From: Nemertoderma westbladi
Taxonomy: Eukaryota > Animalia > Xenacoelomorpha
Length of the DNA stretch: 49,003 nt
Direction of reading: 5' to 3'
Assembly (NCBI GenBank): GCA_032718475.1
Contig: JAUCBJ010002603.1
Span: 1-49,003 of the forward strand
Numbering within the stretch: the first letter of the stretch is position 1; each line of letters starts with the position of its first letter. Shown one piece after another: positions 11,488 through 21,872 of this stretch. A program made the translations under genes and the position numbers. Under the pieces are notes generated by a model. That model ran no database searches, had not been told where the DNA came from, and was given only the letters and a program-made list of their open reading frames with translations.

Positions 11488-13149
11488 TATCCAAGAGGAA
11501 GCGGCAGCTTCATTCGAACGATTTGGAGCAAAGGACTACACTATATTTGGTATAAAGGAATTATCAGAAAGTACAGCGAAGCTCGCAAAGACAGCAATGC
11601 CTTTACTCGAGCAGGATTTAGTATATTTCGAGACGTGTATCTTCGCTGTGCGGGATCTCTTATCGAAAGACCATCTATGTTTACATTGTTACCCTATGAA
11701 GGAGAACGTATCGTGGAGATTATGGATGAATCACGGCAGACGCGCGCGCCTATCGGTCACCTTGGTGATGAATTCGAAGTAACTACTACGATCGCCGACG
11801 ATCCTTTAGAGGAACTTCTTGAGATAGAAAGGAACCTCCCGAAGAAATCTCAGACGGAGATTCGACAACTTGAAGCAACAGATGCTATAGTTTGTATACA
11901 ACCTTCAGAAACCTACCAACCCATAGACCCAGATGATTACGATTATAGTATGGGAGGAAGCGCTCGACCGATTGGAGATCTTATATACGAACGAGTGTGG
12001 TACCCTGCCAATACGATGTGTAGTAAATGTGGCGTCGCTGGACATCATATGGCAAAGTGCAGTGGAAAGCACATTACTACGACTCAGCTAATCTGTGGAT
12101 GGTGTGGGGATCAAGGGTCTCATACCTTTTATACTTGCTGGAGATTTATGGCCCAATGTACTTATTGCAATATAAAGGGACATCGAGCATCTGAATGCCA
12201 ACTAAGAGACATACCTTATGAACACGAATCTGTAAAACTCGTGAGGAAGTTATTTGATGAGTGGGAAGATTTAGCCGACGAACATGTATCGGCACAAAGA
12301 AGACGGTTTCCGATGAGAGCGCATCTCGGATTTTGGGCGGTAAATCCTCAGACGATGATGTCGGAAGGATATATCTCCGCTATGCCCCAATATGACGAAC
12401 TTATCGAGGTTGTCGATATTTTGCCCCACGACAGCGGATTCCGAGTGGTGCGCGAGTATCTGTTACAAATTCACCCGGATAACAAAAACACGTGGAATTT
12501 TCAGAAAGTCGTTAATCGGATTACGTATGGTGAATTCGATCGTTTCCGAACTGAAAAGCGGAACAAGGGAGCTTGGTTAACCGTCGCATGGGCGTACCGA
12601 GCCGCGTTTTACCATAAACGTATACGAGCGAGCGTATTCGAGGAAGAGGAGGTCCTAGAGGCGACGAATATACCAGCCACTCCGGTTGCGCCGTCTGCAC
12701 GTCACCCTCGGGAGGACGGGCAGGGTAGGATCATACGGGTCCAGAAAGTGGGCCAACAGTTAAAGAAAATTATTAATGTAGAAGAACGCAAGGGAGTTGA
12801 GCCGACTATTCGAGTTACTCGGGATACGGTATCACTTCCAAGAGAACCAGTAGGAGGATCGGGACATACACCAGCTGATCAACAGGGGGCGCAAGCTACT
12901 CTTGGGTCTGCGTCGTCCACTTCTCGCGTGTTCCCAGACGTTTTACCAACTGTAGTGACAACTGATCGGTCACGAGGAATCGGTCGAGGTTTTGGGATGC
13001 CAAATAGACGAATTTGCGAGGAAATAGTCGCACCGTCTCTCAACGTCCCAAGTAAACCAGTGACTCGCCCCATTAGTCCCATATCGCGAGCAAAGTCACC
13101 TGTGCGCAGTTTTCGAGGACGCGGCAGGGCTCGATCAACTAAGCGATAA
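11488..13149 (+). CDS. Accessory ORF of the BEL element: triple CCHC zinc-knuckle protein with RG-rich tail (start uncertain)
   Basis: Frame is open from 11488 with first ATG at 11677; an overlapping ORF starts at ATG 11447 in another frame. Knuckles CSKCGVAGHHMAKC, CGWCGDQGSHTFYTC, CTYCNIKGHRASEC at 12019-12198; C-terminal RGIGRG and RGRGRAR. Confidence 0.85.
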   Translation, partial: YPRGSGSFIRTIWSKGLHYIWYKGIIRKYSEARKDSNAFTRAGFSIFRDVYLRCAGSLIERPSMFTLLPYEGERIVEIMDESRQTRAPIGHLGDEFEVTTTIADDPLEELLEIERNLPKKSQTEIRQLEATDAIVCIQPSETYQPIDPDDYDYSMGGSARPIGDLIYERVWYPANTMCSKCGVAGHHMAKCSGKHITTTQLICGWCGDQGSHTFYTCWRFMAQCTYCNIKGHRASECQLRDIPYEHESVKLVRKLFDEWEDLADEHVSAQRRRFPMRAHLGFWAVNPQTMMSEGYISAMPQYDELIEVVDILPHDSGFRVVREYLLQIHPDNKNTWNFQKVVNRITYGEFDRFRTEKRNKGAWLTVAWAYRAAFYHKRIRASVFEEEEVLEATNIPATPVAPSARHPREDGQGRIIRVQKVGQQLKKIINVEERKGVEPTIRVTRDTVSLPREPVGGSGHTPADQQGAQATLGSASSTSRVFPDVLPTVVTTDRSRGIGRGFGMPNRRICEEIVAPSLNVPSKPVTRPISPISRAKSPVRSFRGRGRARSTKR

Positions 13150-13267
13150 AAGGGAGGGCAAGGGTGGACGGAAGACTCGTGGGCCTTTCTTATGATTTTG
13201 TGATTTATTTTGAATTATATGTTTTATGTTTAGAAAATTTAGTAAAACTTATATTTTATATTTGTGC

Positions 13268-13800
13268 TTATTCCGAACTTATGCAATTTGTATTGTTCCG
13301 AATTTATGAAATTTAGAGAGTTTATATTTAGAAGGAACTTATATTTGAAAGATTTATGTTTCATATTTGAAGATGCAAAGGAGTTTATATTATTCTAAAC
13401 TTATGCAGTTTATATCTATATTTAGTAAGACTTATATTTGTAAGAATTTATATTTTATATTTGTGATTATTCCGAACTTATGCAATTTATATTATTCCGA
13501 ACTTATGCAATTTATATTGTTCCGAATATTATGCAATTTATATTTTATAAGCAGTATTTGTATTTACAGTGAAATAGAAAGTTTATAGATAGAAAATTTT
13601 GTGCTCAGAAAGACTCATATTTGTAATTATTCCAAACTTATGCAATCTACATTTAGGTACGAAAGTATTTGTAATTACTTGAATTTATGCAATATTTGAG
13701 ATGCAATAGTAGATGGAAGACTCGCGAGCCTTTCTTATTGTTTTCATTTATTTGTATTTGTAATTGTTTGAATTTATGCAATATTGAAATGCAATAGATT
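13268..13800 (+). repeat. Array of about 25-bp AT-rich units with core (TTCCG)AACTTATGCAAT
   Basis: About nine imperfect copies, e.g. near 13270, 13295, 13392, 13469, 13494, 13519, 13629, 13680 and 13770. Confidence 0.8.
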
Positions 13801-13901
13801 TATATTGGTGAATTTAATTTAGATTTATATTGTACTTACTTAGTAAAGCCTTAAATACGTAAAGTTTGAATTTGTAATTATTTTGTATCGAATCATTACG
13901 T

Positions 13902-13911
13902 AGAAAGGAAG
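13902..13911 (+). other. Polypurine tract candidate AGAAAGGAAG (alternative: 13148-13164 AAAAGGGAGGGCAAGGG)
   Basis: Directly followed by TATTG, the inverted complement of the LTR end CAATA. Confidence 0.5.
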
Positions 13912-15916
13912 TATTGTTTGAAATTTAATTGTAAATATGTAAGTACGCCCTAAGTATTCTATAGTTTGATTGATTATTGGTGAAAACCGTATATTTTATG
14001 CACGATAATATCCTGTTTTCATGGAGCGGTATAGAATTATATTCCCTAAATGCCGTGGATTTTCAAAATTTTATTTTATTCGAATTAACTTTGTAAAGAT
14101 TGCTTTGAGTTCTCATTAGTATTGGTTCTATCTATTGTACATCTATCGGTCAAGTGGTTCAGTAGCTCAGTTGGTAGAGCGTTGGAAATTATATGTGTAG
14201 TAGGTATTGAGTTCGAATCCTAGTAAGTGCGTATTATTTTTTGTGCAGAATTTCAACTCATTTAAATTAACCGCTACAAATTAATTGCATTTGTCTGTAC
14301 CAATGAGACTGTAGTTATTTGATTGTAACCAATGTCGTGCAAGTTATATATTAGCTGGACCAATAGCTATCTTTAAAACCTTGTTAGAACCCATAGAACA
14401 ATCGAGAATTTTCTCGATTGATTGCAGCACAAATTTGCTATATAAAGGTGCGATTTGTTCATTAGTTATTACAACCTACTTCACAGATTATCTTATCAAT
14501 ATTCTGTCGTGCTTAGTTTATTCTCAGATTACATTGTATTATAATTGTATCTTCTGTAATAAAGTCAGAATATTCTCTCAGCTTTTCTATCTGTTTTACC
14601 ATGGATTCACTACGGTGAACAAACTCAGGGACAGGATGGCCGGCTAGAGATCGGGCCGCAGCAATGAACGGGAACATCACGGGAATGTAGACGAGAGACA
14701 ACCCGCAATACCATCTAGAGTTATTCGCCCATCGCCTGAAAGGTTAGACAGCGTTCGATCCTTGCTACCTAAGTATAAGACCAAAAGATCAAAAGGTAGA
14801 CGTAGTGACACGCTGTAAGCCCAAAATTACATCATAGGGACTGTACTGTCTTGATTCAGGAAAACCCACAGTAGACCTTCACATTCCTACGGGAGGGAGA
14901 GAGCGCAGGCCGATACTAGTACGCAGATAAGACGTAGGCACACCGGTACAAGGCATACACATTGGTTAGGGTGCAGCAAACTGTACGCTTAACTCTTGCT
15001 AAGTACAGGTGCGTCTGTGACTATTTGCCGTGCAACGGTGTCCATTACATCAGAACTTGTAGGCTAGGGGGGTTGCTGTGTTTTCACCTGAATTAGGATT
15101 GTACCGTTCAGGCGGTAGGGCAGTTTACGTACTAGGCGCAAATAAATTGAGGCTATCAGGGATATACTAACATCTACCGTGTCCCCGCCAACGCCCTAAT
15201 AGGAAGTTACCCGGACTACCTGGGTGACTAAAATTCTAGATAGGAGCCAGGATAGCTATTAGTACCCGTACGCCTACAGTAGTAAACTAACACATCTCTT
15301 CTTAGTATCAGGGACCTGGTACCTAAAATTGCCGAATTCTGGGCGTAGTATTAACCTTATGCCTGAATTTGAGTCCTGGAAATACGCAAGAGGGGAAGGA
15401 ACCTTATCATTCGTGAGTATTGGACCTACAAGTTATAAAATTAGAATATTCGTAAAATGCACACCGTACCCAGTAATTATATATGTGAAGGAGCAAAACT
15501 GTTTTTGACCGTTCAGAATTAACACACGCGCGTTAGAATTATTTACACCTCGAAATATATAAAATTAACTTTGTCCGTACTGTGCTTTGCCCGCTAGTTA
15601 GACATCTCCAAATATCTGCCTGCACCTAGCTAGCGTCTCTTCGCCCAACCATATAAATCACACCGCGGCAAAGTATACGAGCCCCTTAGTCCGTCAGTGA
15701 GTCAGCCTGATTTTAGGATTCGCTGCGCGGGATTTTTGTTTTATCGAAGTTTGTCTGCTCGTAGACTGTTTTCTGCCTCACCGGTTATAAGAGATCGATA
15801 CTGCAATATATTCGCTTGCTTAGAGTTTACTGTTTTGGTGAGAAGGTCGGATTTATGATTTGATTTACAAACTTTACAGTAGGATATTGCAGGTATTGTT
15901 ACCGTCTCTTCCAATA
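13912..15916 (+). repeat. 3' LTR (start inferred; demonstrable identity 14375-15916)
   Basis: Direct repeat of 33-1461 with an extra 113 bp at 15374-15486. Start inferred from the PPT and TATTG...CAATA termini. Confidence 0.8.
14156..14242 (+). promoter_or_regulatory. tRNA-derived Pol III cassette (A box, B box, T6 terminator); not a functional tRNA
   Basis: TAGCTCAGTTGGTAGAGC (14163-14180, intact D arm), GAGTTCGAATCC (14209-14220), TTTTTT (14237-14242). Acceptor and anticodon stems do not pair. Confidence 0.75.
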
Positions 15917-16686
15917 ATTATCTTATTTTTCTTTTTCCGCAAGGAAAAAAAATCAATACTCTTATGGATTACTTTTTTCATTTTCATTATTCATTTCCTC
16001 ACGATTTTGGGGTATAAAAGTTTTTAAAAATGTTCTGGAAAAATAGTTTTTTCAACTGTTGACAGCAACTTGTTGGTGGACTCCTTCACACACAGAAAGT
16101 TTTGTTGCGAATTGTTTCTGAGTGTATCAAATCAACATATTGTTGACCCCCTTGCAAGGAGCAATTTTAGTTGCAGAAAAAAATTGCAGAAACGAAAGTT
16201 GCTCCGCGTGAGGAAAACCTGAAATAATATTAAAATTATATTATATCTTCAGTGTGTATTATAATGATAATGATAATATTTGGAATGTCGCGGTGCGATA
16301 TAATGTTGGGAAATATCGGGCGATTTGGTAGTGCGAAATTAATTCCCTACAAAATAAATAATATAAATTTTAAATTAGTATTATTATTTTATTTTATATT
16401 TTTATGTGGAATTGATATGATAATATTAAATTTCCCATTGATGTTTGTTTCAGAATTATAATAGTTGCACATTTTGATTAGATAGCAACTTTTAACTTTG
16501 TTTGTTTTCATAAAAAATTATACTTAAATGATGCTCGGTTTTAGTAAAAAAATAAAATGTTATTCTCAAATTGCTACTTTTTCGCCCGTGTCTACCTCAA
16601 AATCAAGATGAAAAGGGAGTAGAAAAGAAAATGTAACACATATTATAGCATTGATTTTACTCTTTTCGGAGTAATAATAACTAATT

Positions 16687-16824
16687 ATTATATTGTGTAT
16701 AATGTAGGACTTTATCTCACGCCGGTCCCGAGTGTAAATATTTACAGGAACGAGCGAAGCGAGTGAGTAAAATATTGAAACGAGGGACCGAAGTGAGATA
16801 AAGGTACATTATACACAATATAAT
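16687..16824. repeat. Foldback hairpin with about 42-bp arms and central GAGCGAAGCGAG
   Basis: ATTATATTGTGTATAATGTA..CTTTATCTCAC..CGGTCCC is mirrored by GGGACCG..GTGAGATAAAG.TACATTATACACAATATAAT. Confidence 0.85.
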
Positions 16825-16858
16825 GTTGTTTTACTGATTACTTAACAAGATGTATATA

Positions 16859-17730
16859 CACCATGAACCGTAATATAGTGTCATTTTCTGATGACACGGA
16901 CCCCCCCCCCCCCCCCCAGATTTTTCTACAAATCTTTATCATATTGCTTAAAATTTGAAACATAAACTCGTTCCACTCACCGTCGATAACCCAATGAAGC
17001 CGGAATTTTCGATTTTGACTTCCGTATCGTGGACATACTTCACATTAGTCGTAATTTTTTCATATCAATAGAAAGCTTGAGTTGCAAGGATTCGAAATAT
17101 GTAACAATATCTGAATTTCGTTGAGAAACAACTGAGATACAGGAGTTCAAAGATTGCAAGAAGTATTGTTCGCTGCAGGCCATTTATTCTATTAAATAAA
17201 TACACAAAATTCTAGAATGTGTTATTTATTTTATAAGTTGGTTGGCAACAGCGGTATTCCTCTATACAATATATCTATTGTGTAGCTATTCATTCTTAAA
17301 CAAATTGTTCCAGAACATCGTGTATTTATTAAATAGGAATAAATGGCCTCCCGCGAACGATAATTCTTGCAATCTTTGAACTCCTATATCTCAGTTGTTT
17401 CTCAACGAAATTCAGATATTGTTACATATTTGTAATCCTTGCAACGCAAGCTTTTTAATGATATTACTTATAATTAATTACGAATAATGTGAAGAATGAC
17501 CACGATACGGAGGGTGCGATTTCGCAAAAGATACTTAAATACGCTTATAAAAAAATTTAAAGTCAAAAATCGAAAACTCCGGCTTCATAGTAACAACGAC
17601 GGTGAGTTCAACTAGTTATGTTTCAAATTTTAAGCAATATGATAAAGATTTGTAGAAAAATCTGGGGGGGGGGGGGGGGGGGGGGGGTCCGTGTCATCAG
17701 AAAATGGACACTATATTACGGGACATGATG
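16859..17730. mobile_element. Palindromic MITE with TA target duplication (Tc1/mariner-type)
   Basis: Inverted arms of about 360 bp including poly-C/poly-G tracts; TA at 16857-16858 and 17731-17732. Confidence 0.85.
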
Positions 17731-17740
17731 TATGTAGGAC

Positions 17741-20700
17741 ATGTATTCTTTTTGCCTCATTGAAACATCTGTAGCTGAAACGCACTACAACCTCCTTCAA
17801 CTATATCCCAATACTTCAACAAACGATTCATTCCCGGTCGCGCTTATTAAGTTGGTTGCGGAGCCATTAGCGCGTCACTTAACGTACTTAATAAACTTAG
17901 CTGTTACTACAGGTGAATTCCCTGCTAGTTTGAAGATGTCTAAGGTTATTGCAAGCTACAAAGGGGGTGACCCTCTTGATGCCAATAACTACCGGCCCAT
18001 ATCCATTTTGCCTGTGTTCACAAAATTGTACGAAAAAATAATCTACGACCAGCTTATTTCTTACCTGGATCACTTTTCAATTCTCACCAAATGCCAGTTT
18101 GGATTTCGAAAGAAAGTTTCAACTTACTGCGCTATTTTAATTGTGACTGAGAAAATTCGTACTTTTCTTGATTCGAAAGAAACCAGCTGCGCGATATACA
18201 TTGACCTGAAAAAGGCGTTTGATGCGCAGGACCACAGTATATTAATTAAAAAACTCAAAAATTATGGTATTCGTGGAACTCCTAATGCGTTAATAAAAAG
18301 CTTTCTAACCGAACGTAAGCAGGTCGTAGTGATAAATGATTACAATTTCTGACCCACTATCTTTAACCCTATTAGTACCGGGCTATAAAATGTTGTACAA
18401 ATACCGGGGGGGGGGGGGGGTCATATTGACCCCCCCCCCCCCCCCCCTCTAAAATCTACAAATATTTACGAAAACGTCTGATTTTTTGTTTGTACGTAGG
18501 TATCACTTGTCTGGATCCGACCGAAAAAAAAAATTTTCGAAAAAATGTACTGGGGTGGTTATATTGCAGCACCAAAATTACAAGTAGTGCACAATTTTCA
18601 CAAAATTTGAAAGTTACATTTTCGGCTAATTATTTTTCAATACAGGTTTTTTGGGGTGCATAATACATTGGAAAATATTTAAAAATGATATGATTACTAT
18701 AAATGGCTGTTTAGTCCTCTCTGCGTAGGAAAAAAATGAAAAAAACAAGTAACCAGCACTTTTCAGTTAGAACTCAAAATTTTTAATTCACTTATACGAT
18801 GCTATAAATTTACATTTTCAGGTTTTCGAGGGCGCTGATTCTAATGTAATACATTTCTAATATGCCAGATCATTGCTACTTGTATTTTTCGGCGTAATTT
18901 GGCAAATTTTGGTGCTAGCACCAAATTTCGTACCCATCACCAAAAAGTACAAGTTTGCGATGTCCAGTGCTGTTTTTATTGATTCCATCGGATTCAGGAC
19001 CCTCATAAACCCGTATAACGCAAGAAACAAGGTGATACTATCTACTTATCAATTTGCATATTTTCCAAAATTTGGTGCTGGCACAACAATTTTCACCCAC
19101 CGGCGAAAAATACAAGTTTGAGAACTCTTATGAAATTTTTACTGATTCCATTGAATTCAGAACCATCACAAACCCGTATAACGCAAGAAACAAGGTGACA
19201 CAATCAATTGATATATTTGATGGTTTTCAAAATTTGGTGCTAGCACCACATTTTGCACCCACATCCGAAAAATACAAGTTTGAGATGTCTAGTTCGATAA
19301 TTATATTTTCCATTGAATTCAGAACAGCCATAAACCTCTAAAACGCAAGAAATAAATTGTCACAAGCAATTTTATATATTGAATGGATTTTCAAAATTTC
19401 GTGCTAGCACCAAAATTTGCACACAGCACCGAAAAATACAAGTTTGATACGCTTGGTGCAACTTCGTATATATTTCATCGAATCCAGAACCCCAAAAAAC
19501 CCCAATTGCGTAAAAAACAAGTTTCAAACAATCAATTTACAAAATTGACTTATTTCAAAATTTGGTGCTGGCACCAAAATTTGGCACCCATCGAAAAAAA
19601 CAAGTTTGAAATTTCTAAATCAATTTATATGAATTCCATCCAATTTCTAACACCAAAAAACCGGTGTAAATCAAAAATAGAGATGTTACAATTCATATTT
19701 AATGAAATGTAATTTTCAAAAAACGTCTCAAAAAAAGTGCCAAAAGTAGGGTTAAAAAATGGTGCTATAACTCGAAAAGTACCCAATATTTTTGAAAACG
19801 GTTTTCACTACCATGAAGACAATAGATTTTTAGGAAAAGTCATAAAATTTCAGATTCCCAACTGCGTTTGTTTCAGAATTATAATAAAAAAACCACGGGG
19901 GGGGGTCATATTGACCCCCCCCCCCCCCGGGTTTAATAGGGTTAAAATGTGGTACTGTACAAGGATCCGTGTTATCTCCGTTATTATTTTTACTATATAT
20001 AAATGACCTGCCGTTAGTATCCAAATTTATGACAACCCTTTTTGCAGATGACACCACCTTGCTGCATAACGATTCCAATATTGAATTATTAATTGAATCT
20101 TCAAATAGTGAACTCAAAAAAATATATGAATGGCTGGCCGACAATCGACTGTCTCTGAACTTAAAAAAAACCGAGTACTCAATTTTTACGAACAAAAATT
20201 ATTTCCTAGATGGCCTACCCAAAGTTAAAATTAAAGACAATATTATAAAGAAAGTAGAGTGTACAAAGTTTTTAGGTGTCTGGATAGATGATAAGCTTAA
20301 CTGGAAAATACACATTGGGCATATTTTAAAGAAAATTAGTAAAAGCACTGGGATATTTTATAAATTACGACATATTTTTCCGACAGACATACTTCGTACA
20401 CTTTACTTCACACTGATCCATCCATACTTAACATATGGAATTTTGGCTTGGGGTTCGGCATGTAAGAGCGATTTAATGAAAATTAAAACCAAAACTAATA
20501 AAATTATCCGTGCTATCACTTTTAGCCATTTCCGCCAAACAGCTTATCCCCTATATAAAACAATGAATATACTACCTTTGGAGTCACTACCGGTATATGT
20601 CTATCATGTTTCCCAACTATTGCTAGACATATCACATAACCCCTCACACCCTCTCTCGCACCTTTTTACAAAATGTTCTGCCATGCACCGATATAGTACC

Positions 20701-21396
20701 CGTGCGGCTTTGACAGGAAAATATGTTATTCCCCTAACCCGTTTAGAAGTAGCTCACAAATCGATCGGAGTAATAGGACCGACTATCTGGAATGATCTCC
20801 CAACTGACATTAGAGCAATAAAATCAAAAGCCATATTTTTAAAGCACCTTAAGAAATATTTACTCGATAAACTCTGATTAAGTTTTTTTGCTTATGAATC
20901 ACTCAAGTTAATACATGTAGTAACTACAAATCTATTTTATTAAACAAATACAGCACTCCCATATCTGTTTACTTTCATTAACCAGGTGGAAATTATTAAG
21001 CTTTAACAAATGTATATGAATATATAAATTACTCTAGATACAAATTATATTCTACAATAAAAACTACTACAAAGCAGAGTATTACGCATATATGGTAAAT
21101 TTTCATAATATATTCTTAACTTATATGTCTTAGAATAATTGTGCAATTTATTTCTTTGTGATACACTTTGCCCTCTTTGTACAACAGATGACCTTGACTA
21201 GCATTACGCTACTGCCAGCTGTTGTACGACAAATTATTTAGCATAAAGGTGCAGCGCAACCAAACATATGTATGTAGTAGGCCTACAAACGTAGTGTATA
21301 ATTATAATATGAAAGCTCTGTTTTGGTGGTGGCTGCAGGTTTATGCCGTTATATGTATTGAATCTTATATTATAATAATAAATTGAATTGAATTGT
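17741..21396 (+). mobile_element. 5'-truncated CR1/L2-group LINE, split by a piggyBac-type insertion
   Basis: NYRPISIL, QFGFR, DLKKAFD in 17741-18352. After removing the insert it reads LSLKCGTVQGSVLSPLLFLLYINDL..LFADDT (to 20877). 3' end AATAAA followed by (TTGAA)n. Confidence 0.92.
18367..19941. mobile_element. Non-autonomous piggyBac element
   Basis: TTAA on both sides (18363-18366, 19942-19945); CCCTATTA...TAATAGGG termini; subterminal Gn-TCATATTGA-Cn palindromes; internal tandem units of about 164 bp; excision restores the LINE RT sequence. Confidence 0.93.
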
Positions 21397-21687
21397 ATCA
21401 TATAGTTTAGGTTATTTAGTTTATGTTGTTTTTGTGATATTGTACTTGTTAAGTAGCCTATAGTGAAGAAGTGCCCGTATAATTAATTAGCTTTTGGCAA
21501 TATTGGTAGGGGGACTGCATCATAAATAACAGGGGTGGGTTGCTGGACGCGCTATTAGTGGAAAAGCGCTATTAGGATTAAAAGGGCTATTAGCACAAAT
21601 AGTGCTATTAGTAAATAGAGACTTTAAAAAACGTTGCCTGAAACAGTATTAATAGCCCTTTTTACTAATAGGATTATTAGTGCTAAT

Positions 21688-21872
21688 TGAATGGGAGAAT
21701 CTTTTAGGCTCGTTAAGCCAAGGAATGCCTGTTCACCACCATGGGTGATCTTCCACAGTAAACCCTTCCACTCTGTTTCCCAGGTTGCCTTGGTTCCCAT
21801 TTCTCGACCACTGAAGGATGAAAGCCGGGGTTGGGCTAGGCTGCAGCATTTAAAGCACTGTGCCCAAACATA
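21688..21872 (-). mobile_element. 5'-truncated SINE with a Nin/Deu-like central domain
   Basis: 15-bp TSD ATTATTAGTGCTAAT (21673-21687, 21873-21887); GGTTCCCATTTCTCGACCACTGAAGGATGAAAGCC resembles the reverse complement of the Nin domain as I recall it. Confidence 0.7.

Larger units (their letters stand above)
1..15916 (+). mobile_element. BEL/Pao LTR retrotransposon, nearly full length (5' LTR starts upstream of the window)
   Basis: Long direct repeats (33-1461 = 14375-15916) flank a gag-PR-RT-RNaseH-IN polyprotein with BEL-type motifs, followed by an extra ORF. Confidence 0.96.

Noticed and set aside
14156-14232. Functional tRNA gene
   Set aside because: Acceptor, anticodon and T stems do not pair properly; kept only as a Pol III cassette.
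15381-15388. AATACGCA complementary to the 3' end of the tRNA-like RNA (element-encoded primer idea)
   Set aside because: Only 8 nt, not at an LTR boundary, and expected by chance.
16040-16220. Possible Harbinger-like MITE end (...GTTGCTCCGCGTGAGGAAAACCT)
   Set aside because: No convincing partner TIR or TSD found.
18890-19760. CRISPR-like palindromic repeat array
   Set aside because: The spacers are homologous to each other and too long, the context is eukaryotic, and no cas genes are present.
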